IMG/VR virus record: IMGVR_UViG_2558860250_000001
Coordinates: 1 to 64,000 of that record
Reading direction: 5' to 3' (one strand)
From: a virus
Taxonomy: Duplodnaviria; Caudoviricetes
Length of the DNA stretch: 64,000 nucleotides
The position numbers and the translations under genes were made by a program. Positions within the stretch are counted from its first letter, which is position 1; each line of letters opens with the position of its first letter. Shown one piece after another: positions 39,928-51,418 of the stretch. The notes under the pieces are model-generated. The model searched no databases. It had not been told where the DNA came from and saw only the letters and a program-made list of their open reading frames with translations.

Positions 39928-40575
39928 TCATCCCTTCACAAATATCATCCATGCAGCACCAATACCAGAAGCAATCCATAATCTAGGTGCCCAGACTTTG
40001 CTTCCGAACATCTTCAGAAATCCTCCAATAACCAACGTTGCCACAACGATATATGGCATCTGTTCGGTTAATTCGTGCACAAGCTCTCGCAAAAGCCCAT
40101 TGACGCCATCGCCTATTGCATTGCCAATTGAACTGAACCATCCAGACACAACTTTGTGTGACCAGTCACCACCACCATAGAGCACACTCGGTTCCATGAC
40201 TTGGTGTAAGTTGATGTATCGTTCGGGATTAATCCATTCGCCATGTGGGTCCATAATTCCGAGATGAAGGTGGGGTCCAGTGCTATGTCCACTATCCCCA
40301 CTACGCGCGATGATTTCTTGTACATATACATGGTCGCCTGGTTTGACATACACTTTGTCGAGATGCCCAAGTACAGCCGTGTACCCATCATTAAATTTGA
40401 GCCAAATTGCATTGCCGAATCCAGCATTGTCGTGTGTAACTTTGTCGACTACGCCACCCTCAAACGCCCGTATTGGTGTATCCATTGCGACACCAAAATC
40501 AATTCCTTGATGTAGGTGATCGGAGTGCGCTGCGTCATGTTCATGCCATCCACTCGTAATGCGCCAAGTTGTCAT
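39928..40575 (-). CDS. M23 (LytM-type) peptidoglycan endopeptidase with C-terminal TM helices
   Basis: HQGID, GN, GHL, SG.SG.STGPHLH, NP; two hydrophobic C-terminal segments. Confidence 0.9.
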   Translation of the reverse strand: MTTWRITSGWHEHDAAHSDHLHQGIDFGVAMDTPIRAFEGGVVDKVTHDNAGFGNAIWLKFNDGYTAVLGHLDKVYVKPGDHVYVQEIIARSGDSGHSTGPHLHLGIMDPHGEWINPERYINLHQVMEPSVLYGGGDWSHKVVSGWFSSIGNAIGDGVNGLLRELVHELTEQMPYIVVATLVIGGFLKMFGSKVWAPRLWIASGIGAAWMIFVKG

Positions 40576-40778
40576 GACGCCCCACGCCCACGCATCAATT
40601 TCACTTTCTGGCTCGTATCACAAATGAATTCATATGCACCCGTTACGCATTCGGTGGCGCCGATAGTTGCTAACAATGGTATCCAACCACCCATCATCCA
40701 AACAGGAATACTCGCAACCGTTGCAGCCATATATAGCGCCAAATCCGCTTTCGTTTCCGTCTTAGCAAAAAATATCAT
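40572..40778 (-). CDS. Small membrane protein
   Basis: Two hydrophobic segments; GGAGG RBS. Confidence 0.55.
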   Translation of the reverse strand: MIFFAKTETKADLALYMAATVASIPVWMMGGWIPLLATIGATECVTGAYEFICDTSQKVKLMRGRGAS

Positions 40779-40790
40779 CGCAATTCCTCC

Positions 40791-41099
40791 TTAGAACTTT
40801 AGTAACCAACGTATGATTTGGGGAGCATGTATTATCACCTCCAGTCCAATCGCCATGTCGAGTAGTCGTTTGATAGCCAACGAACGATTGCCGAACATCC
40901 ATAAGAACCCTGTGATGACTGCAATCGAAATAGCAGTCCAATCTGCGGCTTTAATCACTTCAGGCCAGATATCATCAAAATCGAAATCATGGTTTCGACT
41001 ACTCGCTGGAATCCCATCATCAAAAGAAGATGATCGTAAATTGGCGACGTTTGTTGAGTTATTAAAAAAGTCATTCCACTTTATCGTCTCCGCACGCAT
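40791..41099 (-). CDS. TrbC/VirB2 pilin-like membrane protein
   Basis: Two TM hairpin ..IAVITGFLWMFG.R..A..RL....IG...I..AP.I. Confidence 0.5.
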   Translation of the reverse strand: MRAETIKWNDFFNNSTNVANLRSSSFDDGIPASSRNHDFDFDDIWPEVIKAADWTAISIAVITGFLWMFGNRSLAIKRLLDMAIGLEVIIHAPQIIRWLLKF

Positions 41100-41100
41100 A

Positions 41101-41325
41101 TCAATGACCTCCAGTTAGGGCATTTAATATTTCGGTCAACATCTCGTGGTGAGTCTGAGCCAATTTAATCAACTCGTGAATAGCCGCCGTACTTTGACCT
41201 TTTAGATTCGCCGCTTCAGCCTTAATTTGAGCCATTTCAGCTGCGTGTTCATTATTGATACGTGCGAGTGCCTTTGCTTTACGTGTCTCCATCGCACCTT
41301 TAACGATGATGCCCATAAGTCCCAT
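41101..41325 (-). CDS. Small coiled-coil protein
   Basis: GGAGG RBS before MGLMG. Confidence 0.55.
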   Translation of the reverse strand: MGLMGIIVKGAMETRKAKALARINNEHAAEMAQIKAEAANLKGQSTAAIHELIKLAQTHHEMLTEILNALTGGH

Positions 41326-41326
41326 T

Positions 41327-41443
41327 TTATTGACCTCCAATCGCAGTTAAAAACATATCGATTACGTCTTGTATATTGAGTTGTGTCGGCAAGTCCGATG
41401 GATTGACTTTGGCTAACCATTGCATTGCTTTAATCCACAGCAC
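41327..41443 (-). CDS. 38-aa peptide MLWIKAMQWLAKVNPSDLPTQLNIQDVIDMFLTAIGGQ (not in ORF track)
   Basis: GTG behind AAAGAGGTG; stop abuts next start. Confidence 0.5.
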   Translation of the reverse strand: MLWIKAMQWLAKVNPSDLPTQLNIQDVIDMFLTAIGGQ

Positions 41444-41627
41444 GCAACTTCACCTCTTTAGAGTATTGAACCAATGGGCATACATGTTGCGGTTGCTTAC
41501 GACGTTGCAATACGGCATATCCAACGCCCCAAATTGCGATAGGATAGGTGGCTGACAATATTGCGCATACACTTGCAGCACCAACAAATGTTGTAAAAAC
41601 AATTACACCTTTAATTTTAGGCGACAT
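41430..41627 (-). CDS. Small membrane protein (MSPKIKG...)
   Basis: GAAAGAGGTG RBS; hydrophobic core. Confidence 0.55.
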   Translation of the reverse strand: MSPKIKGVIVFTTFVGAASVCAILSATYPIAIWGVGYAVLQRRKQPQHVCPLVQYSKEVKLRAVD

Positions 41628-41628
41628 C

Positions 41629-41658
41629 GAATATTCACCTCTTTCTGCGGACACACTA
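41629..41658 (+). promoter_or_regulatory. SigF/SigG-like forespore promoter
   Basis: GAATA-N15-GGACACACTA (also GAATA-N18-CACACTA). Confidence 0.55.
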
Positions 41659-41691
41659 CCCTCAACAAATAAACCAATTGGAGTGATCAAT

Positions 41692-41775
41692 ATGTTCGCG
41701 GAACCTTTGTACCTTTTCATCGGCGGCGCAATTGGAGCTGTGCTAAACGTGTTGGCCGGAGTGTGGCATTTTTAA
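41692..41775 (+). CDS. 27-aa hydrophobic peptide MFAEPLYLFIGGAIGAVLNVLAGVWHF
   Basis: GGAGTGA RBS; downstream of SigF/G-like promoter. Confidence 0.55.
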   Translation: MFAEPLYLFIGGAIGAVLNVLAGVWHF

Positions 41776-41867
41776 TGGGATATATCATTGGAACCATTAC
41801 GCTATTGGGTATAACAATTTGGACTGCACACGATTGGGTGCATTTGGCACATGTACTGCACCCGTAA
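41775..41867 (+). CDS. 30-aa peptide MGYIIGTITLLGITIWTAHDWVHLAHVLHP
   Basis: TAATG coupling; stop abuts the convergent gene's stop at 41868. Confidence 0.5.
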   Translation: MGYIIGTITLLGITIWTAHDWVHLAHVLHP

Positions 41868-42170
41868 TTAAATTAATCCATCCAGTATATCGTCGTCTGA
41901 TATGGGGACATTATCCATGACGGATGATTTGATAGTGGGTGCAGGCGGTGTGGTTGCTTGCGCCCCATTTTGCATCATCAACCGAACACGTCTCACACAC
42001 TCGCGTATACGACCAGCACGATTGGGCGCGGAATATATCCATTCTAAATCTGCGCGTTGTTCAGAATCGAGCACATTCCATCCGGTTGACATAGTGACAA
42101 TTTCACACTTATCGCTGCGTCTGTAACTTTTTACTGAGTAACCGGCCAACTGTATAGTATGACTTTGCAT
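41868..42170 (-). CDS. ParR-like adaptor / DNA-binding protein
   Basis: Directly after ParM; L.W....N....IR..VR; acidic tail; GAAGGAG RBS. Confidence 0.55.
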   Translation of the reverse strand: MQSHTIQLAGYSVKSYRRSDKCEIVTMSTGWNVLDSEQRADLEWIYSAPNRAGRIRECVRRVRLMMQNGAQATTPPAPTIKSSVMDNVPISDDDILDGLI

Positions 42171-42928
42171 TCGCGTACACTCCTTCTTCGATGGACACAA
42201 CATCTTTCAATCCATATTCGCGTAACGCAACTGCTAGTATTTCGGCGGTACCGCCCATCGTGTACACTGGTCCATTGAATCCCCACATGTGTTTCATCAA
42301 ATCGAACGCAATCAATCGCGCTAAATCGTGAAACTCCATTTCCTTATTTAACACTCCGTATGGCAACGTACCCGACCGCAAATCCATCCATTTTCCATTT
42401 TCCCACGTTACATAATTTGTTGTCGCGCCACCCAAGTCGATCCCATGTACTATGCCCGATTTAGACGGAAGTAGATACACACAACTCGCACACTCCGGCA
42501 CCACATCCACTCGTTCAATTGTGATTTGTTTGACACGACCATCAACTTCAATAGCGTGTTGCCCCCAACATCAACCGTTTCATCCGTTCCTTTTCATCCG
42601 GTACATGGTTGGTAATAGGGTGACCGATGACTAAGTGTACCGGTTCCTCATGCGCAGCCAATCGCGATATCGCAACTAATCCCAATATGCGTGTATCGTC
42701 GATAGCCTTCGTCGCCATAAAGTTGCGGCGTCCGTCCCGTGACTCGTTCGCTATGTTTCCGACGTAATACCGTTTGCCGATATGTTCAACCTCCATATCA
42801 TCTGGCGTGCGCTGATATTCTAGTTTGAGTGGGCGATATGTCCCTATGATGGCTGGAAACATCGCACATTTATCGTCGGTGTACGCTTTGACACTGTGAC
42901 GCCCGACATCCAATCCGATTACCTTCAA
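42109..42928 (-). pseudogene. parM: ParM/StbA actin-like partition protein, split by +1 frameshift in G5 tract (42562-42566)
   Basis: GLDVGR..VK, G.PI, V.VVPE, GIDLGGATTN, GG.A, YANA; removing one G joins the two ORFs via LGQHAIEVDGRVKQITIERV. Confidence 0.85.
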
Positions 42929-43073
42929 TGCGATTTCCTCCTTCGTGATTACCTAGTTCATACCTATACAGAGGACAAAATCGCAATACATTGTCCTTGT
43001 GTGATGCGCAAAATTATTTTTGCGCGGACATCCAATAAAGGTGCGTACAAGTTTCGCGTCGAAATAAGCCCTT

Positions 43074-43298
43074 ATGGATACGATAACTCCACTTAAACGA
43101 ATGTTAATGGAACGCGGATTGAAGAATAGATGGCTGGCCACGCAGATAGGGATGGATGAATCCAGCTTGAGTCTCATCGTTAATGGCAAACGCAAACCAA
43201 CAATCGATACCGCCATACGCATCGCACGCGCACTCGACACAACGGTCGAAGATTTATGGTATTGGACGATAAGTAACGGCGGAGATACAGATTCGTAA
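43074..43298 (+). CDS. XRE/Cro-family HTH regulator
   Basis: LK..L.ERGLK..WLA..IG......S.IVNGK..PT...A.RIA.AL....EDLW. Confidence 0.9.
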   Translation: MDTITPLKRMLMERGLKNRWLATQIGMDESSLSLIVNGKRKPTIDTAIRIARALDTTVEDLWYWTISNGGDTDS

Positions 43299-43490
43299 TC
43301 AACCAGTTAACAACGGGGAGAAGGATAAACAAAAACCCACCTAGATACGTTGTCCAGGTGGGTGTATACACTATTGCCACATCGCCGGTCGGCACAAGTG
43401 CTCGACACAGCGTATGCGAGAGGGTGGGTGAATGTTGCATGTACACGATTGTACAGATGAAATTTTATAAGCAAAATGTTTCAAGTATAA

Positions 43491-43949
43491 TCAAATATCC
43501 ATACGCATCGTCCTTCGGTGGTGCTTTTTATGCTTGTTTACCGGTTTAAGCAATTTATCTTCAGGCCACCCTTTGCGAGTTCTATAAAAAAGCACATTAG
43601 TCGGTATCCCAGTAATTTCTGACCATTCCCCTATAGACTTAGTTTCAGAGTTAATGGTCAAATAAATGGTTTTTCTCTTATTCCAATGTTGTTCTTTACG
43701 AGTTATCCATCTACAGTTACTTGGTTCGTAGTTACCGTTCACGTCTATTCTGTCGAGCGTTAAATTATCGGCATACCCATTGTTGAGCGCCCAATCAACG
43801 AACGAATCTATGTTCTCCATCCAATCGTTACATACGCGTATTCCTCTTCCACCATAGTCGGCAAAATCTTTGTCGTTTGGGTTTAAACAACGCCTCTTAG
43901 CCATATACAAAATGTTTACAAGTCGCTCCCTTCTCTTGTCTAAATACAT
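43491..43949 (-). CDS. HNH homing endonuclease
   Basis: KRRC.N....YGGRGI.VC..W..F..WA..GY..LTLDRID.NGNYEPSNCRW. Confidence 0.9.
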   Translation of the reverse strand: MYLDKRRERLVNILYMAKRRCLNPNDKDFADYGGRGIRVCNDWMENIDSFVDWALNNGYADNLTLDRIDVNGNYEPSNCRWITRKEQHWNKRKTIYLTINSETKSIGEWSEITGIPTNVLFYRTRKGWPEDKLLKPVNKHKKHHRRTMRMDI

Positions 43950-43950
43950 A

Positions 43951-44714
43951 TTACATTCCTCCGAAAAAAGCATCTGTCCATGGTTCAACCTCAACCACAC
44001 ATTCACGCAACCGTTCGGCCAGTTCAGTGATTTCGTGTTGTGCACCTCGACCTTTTCGACGTTTGCTATAAAAATCGAGCAAAGCGCGTAGATTAGCAGT
44101 CATCGTCAAGTTTGTTGCGGTTGCGTTGGGCAATATTGCGCGTGCATCTTCTGATGGAATGCCGTAATGCCGTAACATATCGTACACTTGCTGCAACCTT
44201 TTCATTGTTTCAACGAATATGTCGAGAGCCGCAGAATTGTTGATGGTTTCCGGCACAACATAATCGAATCCACCTGACTTATCACCGCTACCCAATTTCA
44301 CGTACCGTTGCGACTGTACACTGAAACTAAATCCGACACGATGACGCGTAAGTTGGGCGAGTAGGGCACGTGATACACCTTCTACGGCAAATGTGAAGGT
44401 AATATGCTCCATGGTGGAAGTGTGTTTAGATGCAACAATTTGACGAAATAGCCGATCTGCATCCGTACCCGTACCACCATCAGTTGCTTGTTTGCCGAAA
44501 TATTTATCACCTTCAACCTCTACAATTTCAGATGGTTTGAGTGGGGAATAGCATGTACGAATAGCTGATAATGCAACCGCCTGTCCATGTGTTGCATCAA
44601 TTGGTGGTGCAACATATGCATCGAATGGTTCGTCACACATAAACAATTTATCCCGCATTTGTTCAGTCAATTGCGTATGTGCTAATAGCGTAACCGACAT
44701 CGTTGTTTCAGCCA

Positions 44715-44715
<1 letters not shown>
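43951..44715 (-). CDS. thyX: FAD-dependent thymidylate synthase
   Basis: H.S.MEH, SRA..AQL.RHR..FS.QSQRY, EDAR.ILP, AQ.EI. Confidence 0.95.
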
Positions 44716-46433
<1,718 letters not shown>

Positions 46434-46442
<9 letters not shown>

Positions 46443-46793
46443 CAAGTCACCACCATTCGGTTTATAAATGTCAACTGGTTTGCCGCATTTCCGTGCAATA
46501 TCAATCGTATGTTTAGTTCCCTTGCTTTTACCGTCCCAAAATGCAACAACCTTGTCTGCGTAGTTCACAATATCTACATTTCTTCGATACCCAGCCGATT
46601 TTCCGTATTTATCCCAATCGGCGTGGAATACCTTGACTGTCATCCCGCGTTGACGCGCAAACGTTTCAGCGTATGAATCAACTCCTCGTGCGCCACCTGA
46701 TACAACAACGTCTTCAATGGGGAGTGAATTAATGTACCAAAAAATATCATCTTGGTTAGGATAGTTTCGCGAACCGACAATGGCGATATTCAT
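46434..46793 (-). CDS. SLOG family (YspA/DUF2493-like) protein
   Basis: AIVGSR, VSGGARGVD, ADW..YGK.AG..RN, FWDGKSKGT. Confidence 0.88.
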
Positions 46794-48269
46794 TCAACCA
46801 CACCATCCCATCGTTCAAATTGTGTGATGCCATCGTTGTGTGCTTGTTGGGAACGTAATTGATTGACCATCATTTGCTCATATCCACGCACTGCTAACTT
46901 TGCAAACTCGACGTATCGACCAGTCCATTCATTGCGCTTATCCCATCCAGTATGCGTCCTATATACCAACTTCCATTTTAGGAATCGAGAATTACGCTTG
47001 ACGTAGACACGTGCGACAAGGTTGTAGAGTCTGGCGGTAACATACTTGTCTTCCAGGTCTACGTAATACTCACCAACAATGGTGGTAACAGGATACTTGG
47101 ATAACTTAACGGGTTCCATTATTATCACCGTCGCTTCCTTGGTTATAATTTGTGCGATTTTCGGATCAATGCGCAATCTATACACACACCGTTATGTACG
47201 ATGGTTTTTTCGCCACATTTGCAACATGCAGTAGTTGATGTCTGTTCGCCACCGTCCACATCACCATCAAGTCTGACCAATTGCAATGCCCATTCGTCGG
47301 CGGAGTAGATGGTGTATTCATAATCATACTCACTCCACAATTTAACTATTTCATCAAATGAATCCCACTCAGATCTAAGCGTGCCATCGCGTAAGAATAA
47401 CAAGCCTTTTGTGCCGCGTTTTGTCGATATGCACATAATTGGCTCGCCAGTAAACCATACAATTACATCACCAGCACGGAGCGTGCGATTCAGCGATTGG
47501 TTAGGTGTGATTAGTTGCATTGATTATTCATCCCCTTTGCGGTATAGGCTTCGGCATATGATAGGAAGATGTCATATGATCCATATATGCGTTCGCCAAT
47601 TACATATACCAGTATGTCGTCGTCGGGAATATTGGCTACGCGGTCAATTATGACTTCGACAACTTCGCCAGAATCAATGGTATAAACTTTGTCACCAATT
47701 TCAAACATTATTCACGGCCTCCATATAATCTATTGAGGTAACATCAATTGATATATGTACCACGTTGGATTGTGCAATTCTTGATAAATATTGATTCCGT
47801 TGATTATCAACACCACAGCGCCAGCAAACGCAAATAACAATAACACGCCATGGTATACTTGGCGACAATCGAATCAATGATGGAGATATTCATGTGATTA
47901 CTCATTAGTCAATTCAGATTCCAGATATGCTATGGTGCTTTCGATATTATCCAAATTATCCATTGCCTGTTTCAAATCGCGACGCAATAGTTCAGCACGT
48001 GTACGATAAATCATTTCAGAGGTCACATAATATTCTCCATCATCAGTAGAAATCCCATATTCGTAATATCTATTGAATTTATCAATCAGATTCTTTACGG
48101 TGACAGTTCCGTACAATTTAATTTCATAGTCGTCGTCCAAACGGAACACAAACCATACTGTTTCGCCTAATTGTGGTTTATACAAGTGGGCACCTCCTAT
48201 GTGATACAATACCATAATTATACTGATAACCATCCGATCACAGTGAACGCAACAGCCACAGCCAACCAA
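46790..48269 (-). other. Small hypothetical genes (46790-47185, 47143-47520, 47511-47708, 47898-~48185)
   Basis: Tightly packed ORFs with RBS. Confidence 0.45.
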
Positions 48270-48270
48270 A

Positions 48271-48774
48271 TCAATATGCCGAGGATAGTGGTCCCTCCTT
48301 TAACAACTGTACATAATACCCGTAATCTCCATCATGTGTAGTGGAGTATGTACATGCGTCCAGACGGATATGGTCGGTTGAAACAAACCGCTTGAAATAA
48401 TCCAACTTACGCAGCGACGCATCTGATAACTCGGCATAACACTGCGCAAAGTAATCACGGCAATTGTGTGCGCGTACATATGCGTAAATTTCGCGACCGA
48501 ACCAATGTCGATTAAGCACGTATTCAATCCACACTAGCCCTTGGTACACGGAACGTGGAGTGGATTTGTTTGCGCCGTAATCGTGAACAATACAGTGATA
48601 ACCGAGTGCAAGGGACATGAGGAAATTATAGTCCAGTTCGCGAATAATATAGTCCCATCGATGTTGTTCGCAAGCTGTCGACTGGATACGGATAAACGCA
48701 TAGTCGGAGTTGAGCGATGGGATAGCTTCGATCCCATTGGTGAGATTGATAAAGTGCTTATCCAGTTCAATCAC
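48271..48774 (-). CDS. Hypothetical protein
   Basis: Own promoter near 48787-48807; NLTNG, RIQST..E segments. Confidence 0.6.
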   Translation of the reverse strand: MIELDKHFINLTNGIEAIPSLNSDYAFIRIQSTACEQHRWDYIIRELDYNFLMSLALGYHCIVHDYGANKSTPRSVYQGLVWIEYVLNRHWFGREIYAYVRAHNCRDYFAQCYAELSDASLRKLDYFKRFVSTDHIRLDACTYSTTHDGDYGYYVQLLKEGPLSSAY

Positions 48775-48809
48775 CCCCTTTCAACTTTATATCAATTATA
48801 TCATATAAA

Positions 48810-50309
48810 TCACATATACGGTTGAATGTATGTAGTATTTTCATTAGCCAATGATTGATATGTATTAGTCTCTTCAAGCATATGTACCAGTTCTCGTCCA
48901 ATGGCCTCAATCACAGGAACAGTTACCGCATTTCCTGCTAACTTATACAATTGTGTATCGCTAATGCCATCCGACTTCAATTTATAATAGTAGTCATCAG
49001 GGAACCCTTGTAGACGAAAACATTCAAGTGGTGTCAGTTTACGGATGCGATATGTAGGCTTAATAACCAACCATTGTTCAACCGTTTGTGTCGATGTCAA
49101 TGTATTCGCCACCTCATCATCTCTTTCAACCAATTCTTTACCACGACGAGGAGAAAAGTCACGTCCATATTTTTCACGATACTCACGCCGAATTTGTTTT
49201 GCTTCATCGGTACGACGTTCGGTTAATGCGCGCACCTCAATTACTGCGTTCTGCATCTGATTTCGATTCAGACCACGCCAATCCGATGCGTTAAGTGTGT
49301 GTGCCACATCAAGTTCTTTACCGATGCCAGTTTGCCGACTATATTCGACGACCGCTGTTCGTGCGCCATGATTATCGATACCCTTATGATAGTTGGCGTC
49401 AACACATGTCGATAACCCATCCATACGTTCGCGTAATTCACCATGATCTTGAACTACAATCTTCGGCTCCCGATTACCACCGCCCATCGTGGTTAATGTG
49501 AGGGAAATGCCTAGGGATGAATAGACTCGACGCGTACAATCTGCACCTTTGACATCAAGCATACCAACCATTTGCATATCACTTTGTTGATAATATGTAT
49601 CGTTCAACTGCTCTAACAACTTCGCTGCTTTCTCATCGCTTATGTAATATTTCTCGTCAACGTTATCTTCGAGTATATCGAGTAGGCGAGTGGTTACAAT
49701 GTTGTTAGTGGGATATGGGAAGTTGAACGTTCGTAACCCCATATCAGCCAATTTACGTTTAGCCTTAGTTACGACATCATTACCAGGTGGAATATCCCAC
49801 GGCACATGTTCATCAGTTCGTTTGCCAATGATAAAAATACGTTCGCGATTCTGTGGCACACCGAAGTATTTGCTATTCAACACGGCGAAATCCACAGCAT
49901 ACCCGATGTCGTTGAGCACGAACAACATAGTCTCCAACGTTTTACCTTTATCATGTGAGATTAAACCTTTCACATTTTCCATGAACACGAATGACGGTTG
50001 CTTGACTGATGCGATACGCGCTGCTTCGAAAAACAGTGTACCACGTGCATCATCAAATCCAAGACGCTTACCGGCGACGGAGAATGATTGACAGGGAAAA
50101 CCTCCCACAAGTATGTCGTGGTCAGGTACGAGTGATGCATCAATTTGTGTGACATCACCAGCCGTTTCGTGACCATACAACAACTTATACGCACGATTAG
50201 CATACTTGTCGATTTCCGATGCAAGCACACATTCGCCACCGAGACGATTAAGTGCTGTCTCGAAACCGCCGATGCCACTGAACAGTGACACATATTTAAA
50301 CTTGGGCAA
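48810..50309 (-). CDS. dcm: DNA (cytosine-5) methyltransferase
   Basis: LFSGIGG, GGFPCQ.FS, ENVKG, PQNRER, R.LTP.EC.RLQGF, GNAV. Confidence 0.95.
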   Translation of the reverse strand: MPKFKYVSLFSGIGGFETALNRLGGECVLASEIDKYANRAYKLLYGHETAGDVTQIDASLVPDHDILVGGFPCQSFSVAGKRLGFDDARGTLFFEAARIASVKQPSFVFMENVKGLISHDKGKTLETMLFVLNDIGYAVDFAVLNSKYFGVPQNRERIFIIGKRTDEHVPWDIPPGNDVVTKAKRKLADMGLRTFNFPYPTNNIVTTRLLDILEDNVDEKYYISDEKAAKLLEQLNDTYYQQSDMQMVGMLDVKGADCTRRVYSSLGISLTLTTMGGGNREPKIVVQDHGELRERMDGLSTCVDANYHKGIDNHGARTAVVEYSRQTGIGKELDVAHTLNASDWRGLNRNQMQNAVIEVRALTERRTDEAKQIRREYREKYGRDFSPRRGKELVERDDEVANTLTSTQTVEQWLVIKPTYRIRKLTPLECFRLQGFPDDYYYKLKSDGISDTQLYKLAGNAVTVPVIEAIGRELVHMLEETNTYQSLANENTTYIQPYM

Positions 50310-50600
50310 TACTATAACACCTCCTATGTGTTTATATCAATTGTATGATATAAAGTTGGGTGCGTCAATAGTATAAAGCGAGGTTTCCGAAAAAATATTA
50401 TAATAAAAATTTGGACGGTGAATAATCAACCGAGGTTGGTGATGAGAGGCGCGTATAAGTTTGACGTGCTTTAGTATGCTAAAGCGATGTTTTCCAAAAT
50501 ACATATTATCGAGCTTTTAGGCTTGTCTGCGAAATTTAAACGAAATAACAATTATTACCAGAAGTTTGACCCCCACTACACTAAATGTGAGTAACTATAA

Positions 50601-50614
50601 CGAACGTATGTTCT
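50601..50614. promoter_or_regulatory. Bacillus-type LexA (SOS) box
   Basis: CGAAC-GTAT-GTTCT matches CGAACRNRYGTTC. Confidence 0.5.
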
Positions 50615-51137
50615 GTTGGACACACTTTTTGTCGCACTTATATAGGAAGAAACTCGTCATTTTTCGCATCGAGACCCCTGAATATGTCCACTTTTGTACG
50701 GCTTTTCTACTTCGTTAAAATACGATACAGCGAAGTTGGTGCCATTTCTCACTTTTTACTTGACAAATGTACGCACGTATGCTGCCTTGTATGTGTACGA
50801 TGCCGGTGTGGTTGACTATTACACATTGCTATCCCATTGCGGTGTGGTGCGAGGTTTTGACGAAACGAGGGCTGGCGCGCGCGGGAGCTAGACTTTTTTC
50901 ACCTTTTACACACTCATCATCACACTATGATTTACGCCACATACACTATACACAGGGTGAATGAGGCCATAGAGGGGGATACCTTGACGCCTGGTAAGCG
51001 TGAGGATTCGTGGCGGGGTAGGGGGTGATATACGCAACAAAAAAACCACTGGCTATTGTACCAGCGGTATTGATTAAAAATCAGTCACCCATGTGTATTT
51101 CTTCTTGAGTGAATTTCATCAACAATTCGCCAGCCTG

Positions 51138-51305
51138 TTACTCCAACGCTCTAATCATGCGTATTGCCATTTGTTCGACTGTCAATTTTGTATCGTCACG
51201 GTCGAATAATTCGAGATACTCGATTTTCAGGTTTTCTGCGTTCATCTCGTACGGATACGCCGAATTAAGTTTCAATAGTGCGCGTTCGATTAATTGTTGT
51301 TCCAT
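51138..51305 (-). CDS. 55-aa protein (MEQQLIERALL...), cassette 5
   Basis: TTGACA-N17-TACAAT promoter, GGAGG RBS; below ORF-track cutoff. Confidence 0.6.
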   Translation of the reverse strand: MEQQLIERALLKLNSAYPYEMNAENLKIEYLELFDRDDTKLTVEQMAIRMIRALE

Positions 51306-51418
51306 CGTTCATCGCCTCCATTTGTTGTTACCATTGTATCAATTATATCAGCATCTGTCAACATTTTATATCATACAAAAGGCCACCAGCCGTAGCCGGT
51401 GACCGTATAGGTATCGTC

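Noticed and set aside
37292-41627. Complete conjugative T4SS or ICE
   Set aside because: No relaxase, VirB4, VirB6 or oriT recognisable in the window
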